A DNA stretch of 38,175 nucleotides. Origin: Cladosporium halotolerans (taxonomy: Eukaryota). The stretch lies in contig NW_027191521.1 of the NCBI RefSeq assembly GCF_011745625.1, positions 1 through 38,175 on the forward strand. Direction: 5' to 3'. Every line of letters starts with the position of its first letter. Position 1 is the stretch's first letter. Shown here in pieces: positions 32,126-38,175 of this stretch. Made by a program: the position numbers and the translations under genes. The notes beneath the pieces were generated by a model, which was not told the DNA's origin, ran no database searches, and was given only the letters and a program-made list of their open reading frames with translations.

Positions 32126-32591
32126 ATTGCGTCCAGAATCTCAGTCGCGCCAAGCCTTATCGCTGGTAAACCAACAGAGTAATAATGCGCGACATAAGGT
32201 CAATGGCGGTGCATATTTGAGCACACTGGGTGGTAGCTTCAAGATGTGCGGACATCACTGTCTTCACACAAGAGAGTGCTTGCACTTAAATGCTTGAGCA
32301 ACAGATACTCGCTCTGATGCCTTTGCAAAAGTGCAAAGATCACTTTGCATACTTGGAAAGTTGAAGAGAATACATCGAAAGATATTGTGCAATAACGGAG
32401 AGATTCGACTGCACGAGCGGCTTACAAGATCGCATACACCCCTTGCCGCTGGTCAAGAGCCTGACACAAGTGGCTGGTATGGGCTTCATGCAGGACCATC
32501 AGAAGTCATCTGCAGTTCTTTGATGGGTCTTCCAGTCTAATACATGCCCTTGATGGATGGGGTATCATTCGACATTGAACCCAGCTGTATC

Positions 32592-33397
32592 TTTTTTTGT
32601 CCATACAGTATGCAAGCTATCTAGCTTATGGCAGGTCTGGGCTACAGACATTTTCTTGGCCTTATGTCTGTGTTCTCACGTTGGTGTTGCTTCAACCCTG
32701 CTCGCCGCCTCGACTGAGTCAAGCCGCCACGGCTTTTGGACTAGTGCCCTCATACGGGCTCTTGCGCGTGGTCACAACTGCTGGCCCTTCTCCTCTCGAT
32801 TACTCTCATCTCATCCCCTCCCCCTTCACATATCACAGGCTAGTTGCCTACAGTAGCGACGGTGCGCGCTGTCTTGTCCATGTTGCCAGCTTCATACTCG
32901 TTGCAGGGGGCTCATGCGTTATTCTTGCGGTCGCAGAGGTCTTCGTGAGCTCATTGCACAGAACGAGTTCGCTTCTTTCTTGTATCGTGAAATTGCTTGC
33001 CCTGGACTGTTGCATCTCCTTTTGCTGTCTTCCTTGTTGTCCGCCTCTTCGTCTCGGGTGCGAGCTGGCCTAAGGACTTGTTTGCGGCTATGTGCTTACG
33101 TGTAACGTCTGCCGTGCTCGTCGTGTTGTACCCGGCTGGTCGAGCCCATAGAACGCTCGTGACGGGTGTTTCTCAGGCGTGAGTCATCTCGTTCAATGAG
33201 CCCGTGTATGGGTCTTCTTGCGAAAGATGGGGAGCTCGTCGCGCTCTTGTGCATGTTGTGCGTGTTTTTCCGACTCTTGCTCACGTTCCATGTCGAGTTC
33301 GCATTGGCGGCCGCGTCGGCAGCGGTGGGGGCGTGTTGCCTGCTGGCGTGCGGTGCGCGCAATGCTTGGTTACAGGACCGGCAATTGAGTCTGTATA
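32592..33397 (-). mobile_element. Diverged, 5'-truncated relative of the 18561-19620 SINE-like element
   Basis: T-run, AAGCTATCTAGCTTATGGC hairpin and shared CCTGCTCGCC..CAAGCCGCCACGGCTTTTGG block. 33140-33310 aligns with 19030-19200. Confidence 0.8.
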
Positions 33398-33522
33398 GTA
33401 GAGTATGAGCTCCCGGTTAATGAAGATGGTCAAATTGGTGGTTCTGTCTGTAACGTGGTTCACGGGGTAGCGAATGTCCCCGGGAGACACGATGAATGAA
33501 AACACTCAAAACGATGTGATCG

Positions 33523-34612
33523 ATGTTGGGGGAGGTGGTGTTCGACGCGGGGAAGATGTTGGAGCCTGGGAGCTCGACGCCCGCTGCCGCCGCTGGCTTC
33601 GCCGCTGATGCGGGGTCGGAGGGCGGAGGGGGTGCGGAGTGGCAAATGGTGACGAGAGGGAAGGCGAAGGCGGGAGCGGTGAAGAAGACGGTGATGAGAG
33701 TCAGGTCAGGTGTGACGGACAGGAATGAAGGCTCGCAGCAGATTGCACTCAGTTTCGAGGCGGCCTCGACTGCGGAGCGCAAGAGGAAGGCTGAGGACAG
33801 CGTGAACGACAAGCTTGCGGCGATGGCGGCTAATATCGAGCAGCTCATGGCTGTTCAGAGGCAAATTGCGGAGAGTCAGAAGACACTTTTGGAAAGCAAC
33901 AAGACAATGATGGAGACGATCAAGGCGCAGGGCGAAGAGATCAAGTCGTTGAAGGTCATGATCCAGGACGGCGCAAGTCAGCGAACCTACAGCGAGGTCA
34001 TCTCACAAGGCAGCACGTCGGCGGGCTCCAAGGCTTTCCAGACTAGGTCGATATCTACGGCCAGCTCCAGGGTTACAAAGACAGACCTCAGGTACAGGAC
34101 GAGCGAGCGGTATCCATCGACATAGGCAGATTCAAGGGCGCGAAGAATAACTACAACGGTATCAGAGATGGCCTACGTGTCGGACTAGAAGTCAATAAGG
34201 TCACAGAGAAGCTAACGATCAAGTGTGTGCGGCCTGGCCCGGGCGACAGGATTGACGTAGTCTTAGCCGACAAGGACGAAGCCAACAAGGCGAAGCACCA
34301 CATTCGCTGGCTGACGTCGAGCCTGACTGGCGCGCGAGTCAAAAGTGAGCAGTGGTATCCAGTGAAGTTCGACAGTGTCGTGAAACAGTGCGTACTGGAT
34401 CAGGACATCAACGATGGTAAGCCGCGGAAGAAGGACTTTGCAAAAGACTTCAAAGCAGACAACAGCTGTGAAGCTTCAGACTGCACGGTGATGAAGGCAA
34501 CCTGGCTGAGTAAGGTCGACGCAAAGAAAAAGGTAGGATCGATGGTGGTCTGGCTGAATAACAAGGTCGACGCAGACTACCTGCTGCGGACAGGCACAGC
34601 TGCGGAAAAGCG
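33523..34612 (+). pseudogene. LINE ORF1 (gag-like), frameshifted near 34080 and 3'-truncated; a short diverged duplicate lies at about 34816-34865
   Basis: WQMVTR, coiled coil, RTYSEV, EQWYPVKFDSV and WLSK..KKVGSMVVWL. No zinc knuckles or ORF2 follow. Confidence 0.75.
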
Positions 34613-35087
34613 ACCAATCCTCTAGGACTTACAGTAATAGTTTTACCAGACAAGACGTGCAAATAAGGCGGTACACTATGGTATTGCAAAAGACAGCGTG
34701 CTGCGTCATGTAGCATCAAGCGTTCTGTGATGCGCATCTTCGTGCGAAGAAGACGGTGGTGAGGATCGTACCGAGCGCATCGCGTCAAGGTGAGTGCGCA
34801 TAGGGGGCTGCCTCCTTGCCGACAAAGAAGAGGCCAGCAAGGCGAAGCAGCACACGCGCTGGCTAAGTTATATCAGATGTGCGTTTCGTTCATCTTTCGC
34901 GCCTAACCGAAATGTTATACCTCCACCAAGGCATCACTGAATATGGGTAGCTCGAAGGCTACAATACACAAAACTTCCTTTTTCAATTTTTGAAAGGTAT
35001 TTCCGCCATCATTTAGGACAAACTGTCCGTATCCCATTATTAGCTGCATGTCCACACACAGCAACCCATGTGCTTTCCAGCCAGAGA

Positions 35088-35950
35088 TCACGTAGGCAGG
35101 AATTTCGGCACACCACGCTTGACACCAGGTTCGCCCAAACCAGGAATGACAAGTGGCGCACGCTTCTCCATGGGTGTCCGGCCAATTGGGAAGAACTTGG
35201 TGATTGCATGGCCGGGTCCGTATGCCTCCTCAACTAGGTATACAGTTACGCGCCACCAAGCTAGAAGAGCCGCGAGCATCCAGAAGTAAGACGCGGCTTT
35301 GATGCCCATAGTCACGCTGCCTGATTCGCTGTCGCCAGAGCCAGATCTCTCTGACGTTCCGCCATTGTAGGAGAAGAGGCAACAGGCGATCGTGCTGCCA
35401 ATGGCAAGCGAGGTAAGGCACGCCGTGAGCACGACGTCACGGGCAGAGGCTGCGAGTGCGCTCGACCAAGTGAAGACACAGAGTACGACGAACCAGGAAG
35501 CCAGTTCGGGAAAGTGTGTATGCACCGAATGCGGCTCGAGCGCGCCTGCAGCCTAGGAGTGTTTTAGCAGGCTGAAGCGCTGGAAGGAAAAACGGAGACT
35601 CCGCTACGTACCACGAAGGCGTACAAGATGCCGATCGCTATCCAGAAGCTACCCCACAAAGTATTGATGACCGTCACCAGCGTGTCGCGCGCCTGGAAAC
35701 CATAGATACCGGCTATGAATTGCGCCAGACCTCCGAAGATTCCTACGAAGGGAAAGAAGATCGTGGGTGACTCCGGGCCACCCCACCATTCCGCGATGTA
35801 GCTGCTGGTGATCCAAGTCGAGCCCGCGAAGCCTGCCAGACCAAGGGCGGCTGGCGGTGCGATTGGTTTGAGGAAGATTTGGACGTTTGGCGTCGACTGT
35901 AGGATGTCCTGTCGCTTTTCGTCGTGTCTAGCATCGCTTTCCACGGACAT
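35088..35950 (-). CDS. GPR1/FUN34/YaaH (AceTr/Ato) acetate/carboxylate channel; exons 35950-35612 and 35552-35088
   Basis: APPAALGLAGF, FGGLAQFIAG and WGSFW; about 6 hydrophobic segments; 59-nt GTACGT..CTAA..TAG intron. Confidence 0.9.
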
Positions 35951-36968
35951 GTTGGCTAAGCGTCGGATTAGAGCAGAGCAGAGTCAGAGAGTTAAGTACT
36001 CATGGAAGGGTGGATAGGGAAGTTCAAAAGCAACAGTGCCGGACACTTCCTCTATTAATGCGCGGTAACTATGCTTTTGTGCCAGATAGTATGACATCAA
36101 CAGTAAGAACGGAGCCATCGATGGCCTGCATGTAGATAGTGGGCATATCATTGCCATGGCTGGAGGTCTTGGAGTTTGCCGTCTTCTCCGTCCCAAGCAA
36201 GGTAGGGTGGGTCTGAATGGCGTAACGGTGACTTTACCTCCTGTGGAAAGCAGGCTGTACCCTGAGTTCGGATACCCTGACGAAGGGAAAGAATGCATGA
36301 TCGACACAAGGGCCGGAGCTTGCTCCACCAAGCTTTCACTCGCCAGCCGCCATCGTAAGGTGCTGGACAACCGTGCCGACTTCAACACGGCATTTAGTGG
36401 CCACCAGCAAACAAGCGTAGGACACGGAGCGTCTTCCGACTCCGGAAGGAAAGACGGGCAGTTATGACAGCATCACAGTCTAACTCGAAGATCCCCAAAC
36501 GTTGGCTACAGCAGGTGGGGTCGAATCTGACATCTGATCCCCATGATGATGCATTTGGTCGGCCGACTTGCCTCTACAGCTCTTTCCCACTAACGGACGA
36601 CGTACTGTAGCATCAAGAACTGGATCCATACAAGGCAGAGAACCCGTACGAAAGCTTCGGGCACGGTCGACTCGAGAGCAAGAATGCCAAAAATGAGGCA
36701 GCATAGCAGTGTGTAGTGTAAGAGAGGCGGCAAATATGTGAACTGCTGAGGGGACAGACAAGTTTATGCCAGCAAAGCTGGAAAGCGCTTGGCACGTGCT
36801 TGGGACGTGAACCCTGAAGAGGTCCCCAAAACTCCACTCAGCCCAGCAATTACGTGTAAACTTCTGACGTCAACGATTAGAAGCAAAGACACTTGCTACC
36901 CAGTTCAGGTTGCTAAACCTCCTTCGCATCCCTACTCATCTTTGCATTTAGCTGCATCGACCTTCAGA

Positions 36969-38084
36969 ATGTCTTCTTCTCTCGACCAGCTCAAAGCCAC
37001 AGGCACCGTAAGTCCAATGTTCCAAAGCTAATCTCGCCAACGGTTGGCCTAGAGTCATCCAACTCAGGTCGTTGGAACAACAACTGACAACGATTCCTTC
37101 AGACCGTCGTGAGCGACTCTGGCGACTTCGCTTCGATTGCCAAATACAAGCCGCAAGATGCCACAACCAACCCGTCCCTCATCCTCGCCGCCGCCAAGAA
37201 GCCTGAGTACGCCAAGCTCATCGACGATGCGGTTGCATATGGCATGATGCACGGCCAAGACCTCAATGAGCAGGTCGATTCCACTCTGGACAGTCTGCTT
37301 GTACAGTTCGGCAGCGAGATTTTAAATATTGTGCCGGGCAAGGTGTCGACGGAGGTCGATGCGCGGTTCAGCTTCGACAAGAAGGCTAATGTCGAGAAGG
37401 CGCTTCACATCATCGACGTAAGTGGCATGCATGCCATGAGAGGCACAGCCACAGCAAATGCTGAATACTCCGCAGCTTTACAAGGAGAAGGGCATCGACA
37501 AGTCACGTGTCCTGATCAAGCTTGCCTCCACATGGGAGGGCATTCAGGCCGCCTATGAACTTCAAAGCAAGCACGGTGTCAACTGCAACCTTACCCTCAT
37601 GTTCTCCATCGTCCAGGCCATCGCAGCCGCTGAGGCCGGCGCCTACCTTGTCTCTCCTTTCGTTGGCCGCATCCTCGACTGGTACAAGGCCAACACGAAG
37701 CAGGAGTTCACCGCCCAGGATGACCCGGGTGTCAAGTCTGTAAAACAGATTTTCAGCTACTACAAGAAGTATGGTTACAAAACTGTTGTCATGGGCGCTT
37801 CTTTCCGCAACGTTGGTGAGATCACCGAGCTTGCTGGCTGCGACTACCTTACTATTGCGCCGAATCTTCTCGAACAGCTGTACAACAGCCAAGACTCTGT
37901 GCCGCACAAGCTCAATGCGCAGGATGTTGAGACGCTCGACTTGGAGAAGAGGAGTTATGTCAACGACGAGGCGCTCTTCCGCTTCGACTTCAACGAGGAG
38001 CCCATGGCCGTGCATAAGCTGTCGGAGGGTATCAGCAAATTCGCTGCTGATGCTATCACGCTCAAGTGCATCCTCAGGGCATAG
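36969..38084 (+). CDS. tal1: Transaldolase; exons 36969-37007, 37103-37417 and 37476-38084
   Basis: [23 protein letters not shown], catalytic [24 protein letters not shown] and MGASFR. Two canonical GTAAGT..CAG introns. Confidence 0.96.
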
Positions 38085-38175
38085 ATCTTGAATCTTGATT
38101 TTCTCAATCAGATAATCAATCAGGTAATCAATCAATCAGGTCCCTGATTGAGCTCGGACCTGAATAATCAGATTC
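38082..38175. mobile_element. Probable DNA-transposon terminus (hAT-like subterminal AATCA repeats) running off the window
   Basis: Starts TAGATCTTG and is followed by dense AATC/AATCA/TGATT motifs immediately after the transaldolase codons. Confidence 0.45.

Noticed and set aside
32585..33396. CTGTAT as a TSD for the second SINE-like copy
   Set aside because: Only 6 bp, not flush with the tail, and the right copy is part of the predicted hairpin.
1087..38135. Numerous antisense or alternate-frame ORFs overlapping the called genes
   Set aside because: Shadow ORFs of GC-rich coding sequence with no independent motifs.

Overview
Filamentous-ascomycete (Pezizomycotina-type introns and TEs) accessory region. 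Five apparently intact metabolic genes are present: 2-methylcitrate dehydratase, a ComA/HSA32-like phosphosulfolactate synthase, a divergent transketolase/dihydroxyacetone-synthase-like ThDP enzyme, a GPR1/FUN34/YaaH carboxylate channel and a transaldolase. A Zn2Cys6 regulator lies among them. These genes are separated by a dense nest of transposons whose boundaries can mostly be fixed from TSDs: a pogo relic contains a Tad-like LINE, which contains a Copia, which contains a hAT MITE. Also present are an intact pogo, a hAT transposase split by a solo LTR and a Mutator-type MITE. The left 7 kb holds an intronless two-gene module: a PIF1 helicase with a Zn-ribbon insert and a 1203-aa protein I cannot assign to a family. 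Three observations stand out. (1) A 1.06-kb non-autonomous poly(A) retroelement begins exactly at G1 of a well-formed HDV-like ribozyme fold. (2) The orphan+PIF1 module may be an unclassified helicase-bearing mobile element. (3) The metabolic genes may form a C1/short-carboxylate/sulfite cluster. All calls were made by eye; no searches were run.
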